From Dehalococcoidales bacterium (lineage in GTDB: Bacteria; Chloroflexota; Dehalococcoidia; Dehalococcoidales; Fen-1064), in contig JAURWL010000222.1 in assembly GCA_030654965.1 (NCBI GenBank), positions 20,830 to 84,829 of the forward strand: a stretch of DNA of 64,000 nt, written 5' to 3'. Both the position numbers and the translations under genes were made by a program. Shown here in pieces: positions 6,690-16,641 of this stretch. Every line of letters starts with the position of its first letter. The first letter of the stretch is position 1. The notes beneath the pieces are model-generated. The model was not told where the DNA came from and did no database searches. It was given only the letters and a program-made list of their open reading frames with translations.

Positions 6690-8177
6690 ATGGGGACTAT
6701 CACAACCGTGAACTACGAAACTATCATTGGGCTGGAGGTGCATGTCCAGCTAAATACAAAAAGTAAGATGTTCTGCCAGTGCAGTACGGATTATGCCAGC
6801 ACACCGCCTAACACCCATGTCTGCCCGGTCTGCATGGGGATGCCCGGTGTTCTACCGGTCATCAACCGACACGCTGTTGAGTATACTATCATGACGGGTT
6901 TGGCGCTTAACTGCACTATCTCCGAGTATACAAAGTTCGACCGCAAGAATTACCCGTATCCCGACCTGATGAAAGGTTACCAGATATCTCAATACGATGC
7001 GCCAATTGCCAAAGGCGGCTTGTTATATATAGAGGTTGATGGTCAGAAGAGAAAAATCGGCATCACCCGCGTCCATCTCGAAGAAGACGTCGCCAAGCTC
7101 ATACACCGGCCGGTTGTGGGTAGTCATGGCTACAGTTTGATGGATGTCAACCGCAGTGGTGTGCCGTTGATGGAGATTGTCGGGGAACCTGATATACGTT
7201 CTCCGGAGGAAGCCCGGCAGTATCTCATTAAACTGCACAGCATGCTCCAGTATATCGGGGTTTCTACCGCCAATATGGAGGAGGGGAGCTTCCGCTGTGA
7301 TGCCAATATCAGCATTCGTCCGGAGGGGAGCGATAAGTACCTTACCAAGGTGGAAGTCAAGAATATGAACAGCTTCCGCGCTGTGTACCGAGCCATGGAA
7401 TACGAAGCTATACGCCAGCGAAAAGCCGCGGAAGATGGTGAACGGCTGGTGCAGGAGACCCGCGGCTGGGTGGAAGAAGAAGGTAAAACAGTCTCCCAGC
7501 GCAGTAAAGAATATGCCCACGATTACCGTTATTTCCCTGAACCGGACCTTCCGCCGCTCCTTATCAGCCGGAAATGGGTAGAAGAAATAAAAGCCAGATT
7601 GCCCGAATTGCCAGAAGCCCGACGCGACCGCTTCATAGCCGAATATGCTCTACCTGCCTATGATGCCAATCTCCTGACCGGCACTAAGGCGATGGCGGAC
7701 TATTTTGAAGCATGCCTCAAGACCGGCAAACTAGAAGGATTGCCCTTAACCAACCGTGCTAAAATGGTGAGTAACTGGTTGCTCGGCGACTTCAGTCGTC
7801 TGCTTAATGCCAGCAATATCGATATCAGCGCCTCCAAAGTCACTCCCTCCCAGCTCTGCGAGCTTCTTGATTTAGTAAATAAAGGAAGCATTAGCGGTCC
7901 CGTTGCCAAGCAGGTCTGGGAAGAGATGTTCAGCACCGGGAAATCTGCCAGCGAGATTGTCGCGCAAAAAGGACTGAGCCAAATAAGCGATGTCGGTGAA
8001 TTGGAGAGCACTATTAGGCGTATCCTAGCAGAGCACCCGCAGGCAGTCGCCGATTTTAAAGCCGGAAAAGAAACAGCGCTCAAGTTCCTGGTGGGACAGC
8101 TAATGCGGGCGACAAAGGGACGCGCCAATCCACAGATGGCAAACCAGCTACTTAAGAAGAAACTAGGGGAAAAGTGA
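6690..8177 (+). CDS. gatB: Asp/Glu-tRNA amidotransferase subunit B
   Basis: 495 aa. The N-terminus YETIIGLEVHVQLNTKSKMFC, the motif FRCDANISIRP and a C-terminal YqeY-like tail are present. Confidence 0.95.
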   Translation: MGTITTVNYETIIGLEVHVQLNTKSKMFCQCSTDYASTPPNTHVCPVCMGMPGVLPVINRHAVEYTIMTGLALNCTISEYTKFDRKNYPYPDLMKGYQISQYDAPIAKGGLLYIEVDGQKRKIGITRVHLEEDVAKLIHRPVVGSHGYSLMDVNRSGVPLMEIVGEPDIRSPEEARQYLIKLHSMLQYIGVSTANMEEGSFRCDANISIRPEGSDKYLTKVEVKNMNSFRAVYRAMEYEAIRQRKAAEDGERLVQETRGWVEEEGKTVSQRSKEYAHDYRYFPEPDLPPLLISRKWVEEIKARLPELPEARRDRFIAEYALPAYDANLLTGTKAMADYFEACLKTGKLEGLPLTNRAKMVSNWLLGDFSRLLNASNIDISASKVTPSQLCELLDLVNKGSISGPVAKQVWEEMFSTGKSASEIVAQKGLSQISDVGELESTIRRILAEHPQAVADFKAGKETALKFLVGQLMRATKGRANPQMANQLLKKKLGEK

Positions 8178-8178
8178 T

Positions 8179-8397
8179 ATGCATACTGCTTTAAACATCG
8201 TCCAGATTGTTATTTCTGTCTTACTCATCATTGTAATTCTCTTTCAGGTCAAGGGCGGCGGTATCGGCGGCATTTTCGGTCAGGCTGATTCCGTGTACCG
8301 CACCAAGCGCGGTGTCGAGAGATGGCTTTTCTGGGCAACGATTATCCTGTCTGCCATTTTTATTATTCTTGCTCTAGCAACAATCGTTGCAGGCTGA
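8179..8397 (+). CDS. secG: Preprotein translocase subunit SecG
   Basis: 72 aa with two TM segments. LFQVKGGGIGGIFG is the SecG Gly-rich loop. Confidence 0.85.
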   Translation: MHTALNIVQIVISVLLIIVILFQVKGGGIGGIFGQADSVYRTKRGVERWLFWATIILSAIFIILALATIVAG

Positions 8398-8410
8398 TGG
8401 TGGACAGATA

Positions 8411-9241
8411 ATGAGCGCCATTATTACTCTGACAACTGATTTTGGTCTCTGCGATGCCTATGTTGCCGAAATGAAGGGTGTCATTCTGGGCATTAACCCG
8501 GATGCCCGGTTCGTGGATATCTGCCATACCATTAAACCCCAGAATATCACTCAAGCGGCATTTGTTCTGCATACCGCATACCGTTTCTTCCCTGAACGGA
8601 CGATACATATTGTAGTGGTTGACCCGGGGGTGGGTAGCCCGCGGCGCGCCGTCCTTCTGCGCACGCCGTTCGCCGATTTTATTGCCCCTGATAATGGCAT
8701 TCTCAGCTATATCATTCAAGAGGTTGCGGAAAAACCTGTCACCGGCAGTACGATGAAGCTAAAACCCGGGGCAACAGCAATTTCTCTGACAAAGTCAAAA
8801 TACTGGTGCAAGCGGGTCAGCGCAACCTTTCACGGGCGTGATATCTTCGCTCCCGTAGCGGCGCACCTGTCACTGGGTAGACCGCCTGAAGATTTCGGCA
8901 AACAAATCAACACACTCGTGACGATGCCGCTCCTGTACCCACACAAGACACAGAACGGAATGACGGGACACATTGTCCACATCGATAACTTCGGGAATCT
9001 TATCACCAATGTCGGCGAGCAGGACTTACCAAAGAAAAGAGAAGGCATCGCTATCTCTGTTGGTGGCAAGCGAATCCATGGTCTTAGTCGTACCTATCAT
9101 GATGGTGCTGGCTTATTGTCGTTGATTGGTAGCCATGGCTATCTTGAGATTTCCCTGAAGAATGGGAGCGCCGCCGGTTTTCTGGGGGTGGGGACGGGCG
9201 ACCAGGTGCGTATAACATTGCAGACTGGAGGTGGGCAATGA
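8411..9241 (+). CDS. SAM hydrolase / SAM hydroxide adenosyltransferase family (DUF62)
   Basis: Start taken at MSAIITLTTDFGLCDAYVAEMKGVIL, the family N-terminal motif. Confidence 0.8.
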   Translation: MSAIITLTTDFGLCDAYVAEMKGVILGINPDARFVDICHTIKPQNITQAAFVLHTAYRFFPERTIHIVVVDPGVGSPRRAVLLRTPFADFIAPDNGILSYIIQEVAEKPVTGSTMKLKPGATAISLTKSKYWCKRVSATFHGRDIFAPVAAHLSLGRPPEDFGKQINTLVTMPLLYPHKTQNGMTGHIVHIDNFGNLITNVGEQDLPKKREGIAISVGGKRIHGLSRTYHDGAGLLSLIGSHGYLEISLKNGSAAGFLGVGTGDQVRITLQTGGGQ

Positions 9242-10143
9242 AATTGAAAAACCTGATGGTGGCGGTACGTGCCAATTTTCTGCTTCTCGCCGTGGTGCTG
9301 GGATTTCTCGGCACGAGCCTCGCCTGGTATGAGCACCAGGAATATGGGAGCAGTTTCAGCCTCGGCTATGCCTTTATTGCCGGCGTCGGTCTGGTGCTTG
9401 CCCATATCAGCGTCAATGTCTTTAACGACTATTTCGATTTCCGCAGTAAGCTTGATTACAAGACGCCCCGCACCCCGTTCAGCGGCGGGAGTAAGGCAAT
9501 CGTCGATGGACTCATAACGGTGAAGCAAGCCCTGTGGCTGGCAATCGGGAGTCTGGTAATTGCCGCGGCGGTAGGGATATTTTTTACCCTAACTCAGGGT
9601 TGGTTCCTGTTGCCCCTGCTGTTAGTCTCAGTGGTTATCATTCTCATTTATACCCCTTTCATTCTCAGGCTTGGCTACCCGGAATGGGCGGCGGGACTGG
9701 GGTTGGGGACTCTTCCCATTCTCGGGGCATACTTCATCCAGACGGGTGAATACACTATTACGGCACTCATTGCGGCAGTGCCTTCCGGTATCCTGGTTCA
9801 TAACCTGCTTTTACTCAATGAAATCCCTGATGCCGAAGCCGATAAAACCGTGAAACGGCGCACTCTGCCCATTGTCGCTGGTAAAAAAAATGCGGCAATC
9901 GTTTATTCTGTACTGATGTTAATTATGTACCTGTGGATTATCGGGGCGGTCATCACCCACGACATGCCCGCCTTCACACTGCTCGGACTACTGACGCTGC
10001 CTCTTGCCTACAAAGCGATTAACGGCTCGTTTAAGTTCAATGATATGAGCAAGCTGGTGCCGGCGTTAGCAAACAATGTGTTCGTGGTTCTGCTGACTCA
10101 GCTGCTGATGGGCGTCGGGTTTATCCTGGCGGGAGCATTCTAG
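9238..10143 (+). CDS. UbiA-family polyprenyltransferase (MenA-like)
   Basis: A polytopic membrane protein with the Asp-rich motif NVFNDYFDFRSKLD. Its ATGA start overlaps the upstream stop. Confidence 0.8.
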   Translation: MKLKNLMVAVRANFLLLAVVLGFLGTSLAWYEHQEYGSSFSLGYAFIAGVGLVLAHISVNVFNDYFDFRSKLDYKTPRTPFSGGSKAIVDGLITVKQALWLAIGSLVIAAAVGIFFTLTQGWFLLPLLLVSVVIILIYTPFILRLGYPEWAAGLGLGTLPILGAYFIQTGEYTITALIAAVPSGILVHNLLLLNEIPDAEADKTVKRRTLPIVAGKKNAAIVYSVLMLIMYLWIIGAVITHDMPAFTLLGLLTLPLAYKAINGSFKFNDMSKLVPALANNVFVVLLTQLLMGVGFILAGAF

Positions 10144-10146
10144 TCA

Positions 10147-10875
10147 TTGACGGAAGAAAAACAAACGTCGCAGAAACGGCCGCTCCATTCTATCTTCACC
10201 GCAGTGCCGGAACATTACGACCTTGTTAACCGTATTTTTACATGGGGACTTGACGAGCGGTGGCGGCGGCGCACGGCGCGACTATGCCTTGAATCACAAC
10301 CAAGGAGAGTGATGGACCTGTGCTGTGGCACGGGTGACCTGTCAGTGTGGCTGGCGCGACTGGCTCTGACCGGGACGGAGATAATAGGGCTTGACTACAG
10401 CCTGCCGATGCTGGCGCGGGCAAAAGAAAAGGCAAAGCGCTTTCCTCTGCATACCAACGTCAATTTCATTCATGGCGATGTGGGCGACCTGCCTTTCCCG
10501 GACGGGCACTTCGATAGTATCGGTATCTCATTTGCCTTCCGCAATCTCACCTATAAGAATCCAAAGACGCAACGCTATCTGGCAGAAGTGGTGCGGGTGT
10601 TGAAACCGGGCGGTGAGTTCGTGATTGTGGAGTCCAGCCAGCCCCCGAATTCATTAATAAGAAAACTTGTTCATATCTATCTACGTCTGTTTGTCTATAG
10701 AGTGGGCAGTTGGATTTCTAAAAACCGTCCTGCTTATAAGTATTTATCGGAATCCGCACGGCATTTCTATACAGCCGGGGAACTGGCTGATTTGCTAATG
10801 AACGCCGGTTTCAAGCAAGTTACCGCGAAGCGGTTGCTCTTCGGTGCAGCGGCAATACATACAGCGACAAAATAA
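10147..10875 (+). CDS. ubiE: UbiE/MenG-family quinone C-methyltransferase
   Basis: TTG start. Motifs are YDLVNRIFTWGLDERWRR, VMDLCCGTGD and LKPGGEFVIVE. Confidence 0.8.
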   Translation: MTEEKQTSQKRPLHSIFTAVPEHYDLVNRIFTWGLDERWRRRTARLCLESQPRRVMDLCCGTGDLSVWLARLALTGTEIIGLDYSLPMLARAKEKAKRFPLHTNVNFIHGDVGDLPFPDGHFDSIGISFAFRNLTYKNPKTQRYLAEVVRVLKPGGEFVIVESSQPPNSLIRKLVHIYLRLFVYRVGSWISKNRPAYKYLSESARHFYTAGELADLLMNAGFKQVTAKRLLFGAAAIHTATK

Positions 10876-10976
10876 GTTCAAATATCAACTATCAAGTGAC
10901 AAACCCCCGCCTTCTTCCGCCGAAGTGAGTAACAGTAAACTCCATACAGTAATTTACGGTATTTACCATTCCTCTA

Positions 10977-10985
10977 TGCTATAAT
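10977..10985 (+). promoter_or_regulatory. Extended -10 element (TGcTATAAT) upstream of hicBA
   Basis: TGCTATAAT lies 44 nt upstream of the hicB ATG. No good -35 was seen. Confidence 0.4.
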
Positions 10986-11028
10986 GATAGTCGAAAAGAA
11001 AGTCAGATGGGCGCCGGGGAGGTGTTCT

Positions 11029-11301
11029 ATGACAGTGCGGTTTATTCTTACAGACTATGTCAACATGGTTCTAGCACAGGCTGTCTATGACAAACTGGAG
11101 GATGGCACGTTTAGCGGGCGAATTCCGTCCTGTATTGGCGTAGTAGCTTTTAGCACTACCCTCCAGCAATGCGAGGCTGAACTGCGCTCTACCCTTGAGG
11201 ACTGGATTCTTCTCGGTCTTAAATTGGGGCATCATCTGCCTGTCATCGCCGGCATCGACCTGAATAAGGAGCCTCAACGTGAGCCAGTGGAGGCAGTGTA
11301 A
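11029..11301 (+). CDS. hicB: HicB-family antitoxin
   Basis: Start at MTVRF, with GGGGAGG upstream. EDGTFSGRIPSCIGVVAFSTTLQQCEAELRSTLEDWIL matches the HicB-like fold motif. Confidence 0.7.
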   Translation: MTVRFILTDYVNMVLAQAVYDKLEDGTFSGRIPSCIGVVAFSTTLQQCEAELRSTLEDWILLGLKLGHHLPVIAGIDLNKEPQREPVEAV

Positions 11302-11512
11302 ACGTCGGGTCTTCCTTCGTCGCCTCCGGAAACTTGGTTTCGAGGGATTGTACTCTGGTACACGACACCAGTTCATGGTCTATAAACAGCACCGTCTCGC
11401 GATTCCATCAAACACCGAGTACTCGGTCCCTCAATTGCGGATGATGTTGGGTGAGGTTGAGCAAATCCCCGAGAGACGGATATCGGCTGAAGACTGGGAA
11501 CGTCTTAAATAA
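11279..11512 (+). CDS. hicA: HicA/YcfA-like toxin
   Basis: GTG start with AAGGAG 7 nt upstream, overlapping the hicB end. FLRRLRKLGFEGLYSGTRHQFMVYKQHRLAIP resembles the HicA core. Confidence 0.6.
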   Translation: MSQWRQCKRRVFLRRLRKLGFEGLYSGTRHQFMVYKQHRLAIPSNTEYSVPQLRMMLGEVEQIPERRISAEDWERLK

Positions 11513-11557
11513 ATGGTATCTAATGCACCGAAGTCCTGCACAAACAAGTAAGAAATC

Positions 11558-11686
11558 ATGGGTAATCATGTGAAAAATTCAGCCGCTGTCTTTGACCTGT
11601 TCGGGACAATGATTAATATATCCTCACATCGTGAGTACGAGAAAATATCAAGTGGCGCGGCGGCAATTCACATAACTGTGAAATAA
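11558..11686 (+). pseudogene. N-terminal remnant of a HAD hydrolase gene (paralogue of 12431-13120)
   Basis: This 42-codon ORF reads MGNHVKNSAAVFDLFGTMINISSHREYEKISSGAAAIHITVK. The intact gene reads MKYSAIIFDLFGTLIDTSSRAEYERVLGEMADV. The two share the exact 14-mer gacctgttcgggac. Confidence 0.6.
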
Positions 11687-11707
11687 AGACTACGAAGGAG
11701 GAAATAT

Positions 11708-12421
11708 ATGCCTAATCCAAATGGGCCCTATCCGGGTAGACAGCTTTTTGTGGGTATGACGGTTGATGGCAGGACGGCGCTTGCTTATCTTGTTACCGGG
11801 CGCAGTCCACAGAGTCGGGAAAGAAAAACAACTCACCGTGAGAACAGTATTATCGTTGGACCGTTGGGTAATCAGCCCTATGACCCTTTACGGCACTACA
11901 CAGCGGTGAAATACGATGATGCTACTGGTATCATCGTCGTTACTAATGGTATTCAGACTGAGGCGGTTTACGAGACGTACCGGCTTATGCACAACATCGG
12001 CACCGTTCCCACGGCAGATTATATGGAAAAAATAATGGAAGGCGCCGGCTCCGAACCGGATAGTCTGAACACACCCAGAATCGCCGGCGTTATTACCGGT
12101 CATGACAAAGCCTCCATATATTTCATTGGTATAAAATGGCTGAATACACCCGCGAAGGTAATTCAAGTCAAGCCTGCGCTAGGAACCCTGATTGGTATCT
12201 CGACCTATAGCGGCAACCTCGAGAATCCAAAACCTTTTGAGTCTGCTTCTGCTCTGCCGCAACTACTATTTGGTGGTAAGGACGCGAAAGAGCTGGCGGA
12301 ATATCTGTTTAATCTGTCTCTGGCAACTTATAACGGCGACGACATCAGGGTGTGCACCGTGGGTGGTATCTATTCCGCCGGAAAATGGGCAATAGCGATG
12401 GTGAATAAGCACCAGGGGTAG
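11708..12421 (+). CDS. purO: IMP cyclohydrolase, archaeal PurO type
   Basis: 237 aa. GRQLFVGMTVDGRTALAYLVTGRS and DSLNTPRIAGVITG resemble the PurO family as recalled (..LNTPRIAA..). Confidence 0.6.
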   Translation: MPNPNGPYPGRQLFVGMTVDGRTALAYLVTGRSPQSRERKTTHRENSIIVGPLGNQPYDPLRHYTAVKYDDATGIIVVTNGIQTEAVYETYRLMHNIGTVPTADYMEKIMEGAGSEPDSLNTPRIAGVITGHDKASIYFIGIKWLNTPAKVIQVKPALGTLIGISTYSGNLENPKPFESASALPQLLFGGKDAKELAEYLFNLSLATYNGDDIRVCTVGGIYSAGKWAIAMVNKHQG

Positions 12422-12430
12422 TGGAATGCA

Positions 12431-13120
12431 TTGAAATACTCAGCCATTATCTTCGACCTGTTCGGGACGCTAATTGACACATCATCGCGCGCGGAGTATG
12501 AGAGAGTACTCGGTGAAATGGCGGATGTGCTTGGCGCTCCGCGTGAGGATTTCACAAAGCTTTGGTTTGACACGTTTAACCTGCGGACAACGGGAGTGCT
12601 GATTAGCCCCGAGGGAAATATCGACTATATTTGCCGGCAACTCGGCGTCAGTTTTATGGATGCCCAGTTGAAACGGGCGTCTCGAATCAGATTTAATTTT
12701 ACTGTAGACTCGTTGAAACCACGTCCGGATGCGCTTGAAACGCTCGGTTTTCTCAGAGCAAACGGGTACAAAGTCGGGCTTATCAGTGATTGCTCTACGG
12801 AAGTACCGACCGCATGGAAAGACACACTCCTTGCGCCGTTGATTGATGTGCCGGTGTTCTCCTGTGTGGCGGGTGTGAAAAAGCCCGACCCGCGTATCTA
12901 CCTGATGGCTCTAGAACAATTAAATGTTAAACCACAAGATTGCCTGTACGTTGGTGACGGCAGCAGTCAAGAACTATCCGGGGCACAAAAGGTCGGGATG
13001 CACCCTATCCTGATTCGTGTGCCTCATGAGATGAATGAGGATGCGTACCGAATCGATGAAGAAGAATGGCAAGGACCTGCTATCTCCTCACTGAGAGAAG
13101 TGCTGAAATTAGTGCAATAA
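12431..13120 (+). CDS. HAD-superfamily hydrolase (subfamily IA, D-x-F/Y-G-T type)
   Basis: TTG start. Motif I is IIFDLFGTLID, motif II is GLISDCS and motif IV is LYVGDGSSQELSGAQKVGM. Confidence 0.8.
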   Translation: MKYSAIIFDLFGTLIDTSSRAEYERVLGEMADVLGAPREDFTKLWFDTFNLRTTGVLISPEGNIDYICRQLGVSFMDAQLKRASRIRFNFTVDSLKPRPDALETLGFLRANGYKVGLISDCSTEVPTAWKDTLLAPLIDVPVFSCVAGVKKPDPRIYLMALEQLNVKPQDCLYVGDGSSQELSGAQKVGMHPILIRVPHEMNEDAYRIDEEEWQGPAISSLREVLKLVQ

Positions 13121-13159
13121 CCTGTTTTGTCTATACCCGTGTCACATACTTTCTTTTAG

Positions 13160-13262
13160 TGTCATGCTGAGCCCTTCGTTACAGATAGCTCAGGTCCGAT
13201 TCCCAACTCATTGGGATACGGACTCGCGACAGAGTCGGAGATAAACTCCGCGAATGCATCTC
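13160..13262 (+). repeat. Dispersed intergenic element, family A (TGTCAT[T/G]CTGAG ... AAACTCCGCGAATG)
   Basis: Both ends match the reverse complement of 46582-46665. Short forms occur at 23665-23699 and 44271-44312. Confidence 0.7.
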
Positions 13263-13369
13263 GTTATTTGAGAAACTACATTCTTCATGGAATTTACTCT
13301 GAGTAACATTGAGGGGTTTCAGCTTGGCAAAGAGCCATTATTATACAACATACCCAGAACATGCGTTAT

Positions 13370-13396
13370 GGATTCCCAACTAAATCGGGAATGACA
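13370..13396 (-). repeat. Dispersed hairpin element, family B (TGTCATTCCCG-loop-GGGAATCC)
   Basis: The reverse complement, tgtcattcccgatttagttgggaatcc, compares with tgtcattcccgactagatcgggaatcc at 23111-23137. Confidence 0.7.
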
Positions 13397-13409
13397 AATA
13401 TGGTAGCGG

Positions 13410-14678
13410 CTAAGTCTGTGCTTCTATGAAACGTTCCCGCAGGGTATTAAGGGCGGCGAAAAATTCCTTCTGCATTACGCACAGTGTATACATGCCCTTC
13501 GGGGTAACATTGATGGTCCCGTTGTCCTTCACCAAACCGCATCTCCGGAAAAACGTCAGTTCCCACCACAGCTTCCGGTTGACATCATCATGAAATCGCT
13601 GGCGGAACCTCTGCGGGTCTAATGACATCCCGAAAAGCTTGGTGAGCATATAGTAGCGAAGATACTCCCGTTCCGAAAGTCGACGCCACCTCACGAGGGG
13701 TAGTTTGCCCTGTGAAATCAACTGGTCGTACCGTTCCAGCGAAAAGGTATTCACGAAGAAATCGCCGTTAAGAAATCCCACCGACCCCGCCCCCACCCCA
13801 ATGTAGTCGTCGTAATCAATGATGTACTCGTCAATCAACCGGTCGCCGCGGGAGAAACACCAGGCAGTGGATGCTTTGTAGCCGCCCTGGTATAGTTCGC
13901 GCAGGATAATATCGTAGAAGTCCTTTTCGCGTTTGGTGTCTACCTGATTGAACCGCCGTTCCAGTCGGGTCTTTTTATGCGGGGAGGGCATCAGCGGGTA
14001 GAAGGTCGCTTGGTCCAAGCCCAGCGCCTTGAAGGTAGCGACATCCTTCTCGAATTGTGCAGTGGTCTGGGTGGGAAAATTGAAGATGAAGTCGGCGTTA
14101 ACCGTATCGAACTGACCCTGCGCCATTTTCAGTTTTTCGATGGCTTCCTCGCCACTGCCCACCAACCGTCCCATCGCCCGCAATAAATCATTGTCAAAGC
14201 TCTGCACTCCGATGGAGAGCCGATTCACGCCCGCCTTTTTCAGCGCGTCCAAGGTCTCCTTGTTGATTTCGCGATGCGTTGTCTCCAGCGAGATTTGTTT
14301 GACATTAAAGCACCGCTTGAGGAAGTCAAGGAAATCAATCAGTTCCTCCATCATTACCGTAGGCGTACCGCCGCCAAAGTAGACATCGGAGAAGCGGAAG
14401 CCACGGTCAAAATAGAGTTCGACTTCTTTCTTCAGGTTGACAAAGTACCGTCGCGCCTTAGTTTCATCGAGCAGGTAGCGATTGAAACAACAAAAGGGAC
14501 AGAGCGTGCGGCAGAAGGGGATATGCACATAGAGAGAAGCCCAGTCGTCACGCCCGGCTTTCTCTTTAGGGACTTGTGGTTCGGGAGGATTAGCCTGTAA
14601 CTGGAGAAATTTCTTGCCCTCCCGCCTTGTCACCCAGCCGGCAAAACGGGCATCTAATGTTGAATCAGCGCTCATCAA
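13410..14678 (-). CDS. Radical SAM, HemN/coproporphyrinogen-III-oxidase-like family
   Basis: 422 aa. YVHIPFCRTLCPFCCFN is the CxxxCxxC motif. GGGTPT and a HemN_C-like C-terminus are present. Confidence 0.8.
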   Translation of the reverse strand: MMSADSTLDARFAGWVTRREGKKFLQLQANPPEPQVPKEKAGRDDWASLYVHIPFCRTLCPFCCFNRYLLDETKARRYFVNLKKEVELYFDRGFRFSDVYFGGGTPTVMMEELIDFLDFLKRCFNVKQISLETTHREINKETLDALKKAGVNRLSIGVQSFDNDLLRAMGRLVGSGEEAIEKLKMAQGQFDTVNADFIFNFPTQTTAQFEKDVATFKALGLDQATFYPLMPSPHKKTRLERRFNQVDTKREKDFYDIILRELYQGGYKASTAWCFSRGDRLIDEYIIDYDDYIGVGAGSVGFLNGDFFVNTFSLERYDQLISQGKLPLVRWRRLSEREYLRYYMLTKLFGMSLDPQRFRQRFHDDVNRKLWWELTFFRRCGLVKDNGTINVTPKGMYTLCVMQKEFFAALNTLRERFIEAQT

Positions 14679-14785
14679 CTATTAATAATAACAGCTATGT
14701 AAAGATTTCGGTAATTTGAATTATACGAGTCCGGAATCACCCCGGTTAGAGACTCGTTCTTCGCTTCGCTCTTTGAAAGGGCAGG

Positions 14786-16147
14786 TCACCTTTTTTGCTT
14801 CCAGACCGTGCCCTGCGGCGTATCCTCAAGGATGACACCCAGTTCAGTGAGCTTGTTCCGTATTTCATCGGCAAGCTGGAATTGCTTCGCCTCGCGGAGC
14901 CGCTTCCGGGTGGCAATGAGCAGTTCGATAAACGGGGCGGCATCACCCGCCTGCCTCTCCGCTTCTTTCAGCGTCAATCCTAATATGCCCGCCAGTTCAC
15001 GGAGCGTAGCGCGTGCTTCTGACGTGTCTTTTCCCTCATCATTACCGCGGTTGATTTCCCGCGCCATGTCGAAGAGCGTGGCAATTGCCTGCGGTGTGCT
15101 GAAGTCATCGTCCATGAATTCGATAAAGCACTGGCGGTAGGATGATGCATCTATCTTTTCGCCTAATGTCCTGCCCTTCTCGGTCAGCGCCTGTCGCAGT
15201 CGTTCCGCACCCCGCTCCGCCGCCTCGATTGCCTCTTCGGAATAGGTAAGCGGATTGCGGTAATAGGAGCCAAGAATGAAGAGGCGGATACCATCGGCGC
15301 TGTATTTCTGGAGCGCATCCCGGATGGTAATCAGGTTGCCCAGTGATTTGCTCATTTTCTCCGCGCCCATTTGCAGGAGACCGTTGTGCATCCAGTACTT
15401 CACGAATGGTTTTTTCCCGGTGAAGCATTCCGATTGGGCGATTTCGTTTTCATGGTGGGGGAAGATGAGGTCCTGTCCGCCGCCGTGGATATCAATCTGT
15501 TCGCCGAGAAATTTAATGGACATGGCGCTGCACTCGATGTGCCAGCCGGGTCGGCCTTTGCCCCAGGGGCTGTCCCATGATGGCTCACCGGGTTTGGCGG
15601 CTTTCCACAAAACAAAATCCATCGGGTGCTCTTTCTCTTCACCCGGCTCGATGCGCGCTCCCGCCATCATCATATCGAGTGTGCGGTGGGACAGTTTTCC
15701 ATAGTCAGGCATTTTATTAACACGGAAATAGACACTACCCTTCGCTTCGTAAGCGTAACCCCGGTCAATCAACCCGTGCGTCGTGCCGATGATTTCGGGG
15801 ATGGTCTCGGTTGCCTTCGGGGTAAAGTGCGGTCGCAAGATATTGAGCGCATCCATGTCCTCAAAATAGCGTATCGTGAATTTCTCGGTGAGTTCACGCA
15901 CAGAAATACCCTGACGGTTCGAGTAATTGATGATGTTGTCTTCGATATCGGTGACGTTTTCAACGTGCTTCACTTTATAGCCACGGAACTCCAGGTAGCG
16001 ACGCACCATATCGAAGGTGATGTAGCTCATCGCATGCCCGATGTGCGCGTCGGCATAGGGATTGACTCCGCAGACATACATCGTCACGACGTCGCCGTGC
16101 GGCTTGAACTCTTCCTTTTGTCCTGAGAGAGTACTGAAGATTTTCAT
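14786..16147 (-). CDS. cysS: Cysteine--tRNA ligase
   Basis: HIGHAMSY is the HIGH motif and KMSKSLGN is the KMSKS motif. WHIECS is also present. Confidence 0.95.
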   Translation of the reverse strand: MKIFSTLSGQKEEFKPHGDVVTMYVCGVNPYADAHIGHAMSYITFDMVRRYLEFRGYKVKHVENVTDIEDNIINYSNRQGISVRELTEKFTIRYFEDMDALNILRPHFTPKATETIPEIIGTTHGLIDRGYAYEAKGSVYFRVNKMPDYGKLSHRTLDMMMAGARIEPGEEKEHPMDFVLWKAAKPGEPSWDSPWGKGRPGWHIECSAMSIKFLGEQIDIHGGGQDLIFPHHENEIAQSECFTGKKPFVKYWMHNGLLQMGAEKMSKSLGNLITIRDALQKYSADGIRLFILGSYYRNPLTYSEEAIEAAERGAERLRQALTEKGRTLGEKIDASSYRQCFIEFMDDDFSTPQAIATLFDMAREINRGNDEGKDTSEARATLRELAGILGLTLKEAERQAGDAAPFIELLIATRKRLREAKQFQLADEIRNKLTELGVILEDTPQGTVWKQKR

Positions 16148-16157
16148 TCCTGTCCCT

Positions 16158-16640
16158 CTACTTTTTGGTGCTCCGGGTCAATGAAGCGACTGCCAGCGCC
16201 GCGATGCCTTCTCCCCGCCCGATACTCCCCACTCCGTTGGCAGTACTTGCCTTGATACTCATTTGATTGATATGGATACCGAGCGTCCGGCTCAAGCGTT
16301 CGCGCATTGTGTCGATTACATCTCTAAGCCGCGGCTTTTCGGTTATCACCGTGGCATCGATATTCTGGATACTCCAATCGTTGTCGAATAATTTTTTCCT
16401 TACTTCCGCCAGCAGATTCAAGCTGGAGACCCCCTGATACTCCGGGGCGCCCGGGGGAAAATGCTTACCGATGTCACCTAGCGCCGCCGCACCGAGCAAA
16501 GCATCGATAATGGCGTGGGTCAGGACATCGGCATCGCTCCAGCCATCCAGTCCTTTTTCAAAAGGTAATTCAACGCCGCCCAGCACTAACTTCCGCCCGA
16601 TTACCAGCGGATGAATGTCAATGCCAATCCCGAAGTTCAT
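16158..16640 (-). CDS. ispF: 2-C-methyl-D-erythritol 2,4-cyclodiphosphate synthase
   Basis: GIGIDIHPL and [24 protein letters not shown] are present. Confidence 0.9.
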   Translation of the reverse strand: MNFGIGIDIHPLVIGRKLVLGGVELPFEKGLDGWSDADVLTHAIIDALLGAAALGDIGKHFPPGAPEYQGVSSLNLLAEVRKKLFDNDWSIQNIDATVITEKPRLRDVIDTMRERLSRTLGIHINQMSIKASTANGVGSIGRGEGIAALAVASLTRSTKK

Positions 16641-16641
16641 C

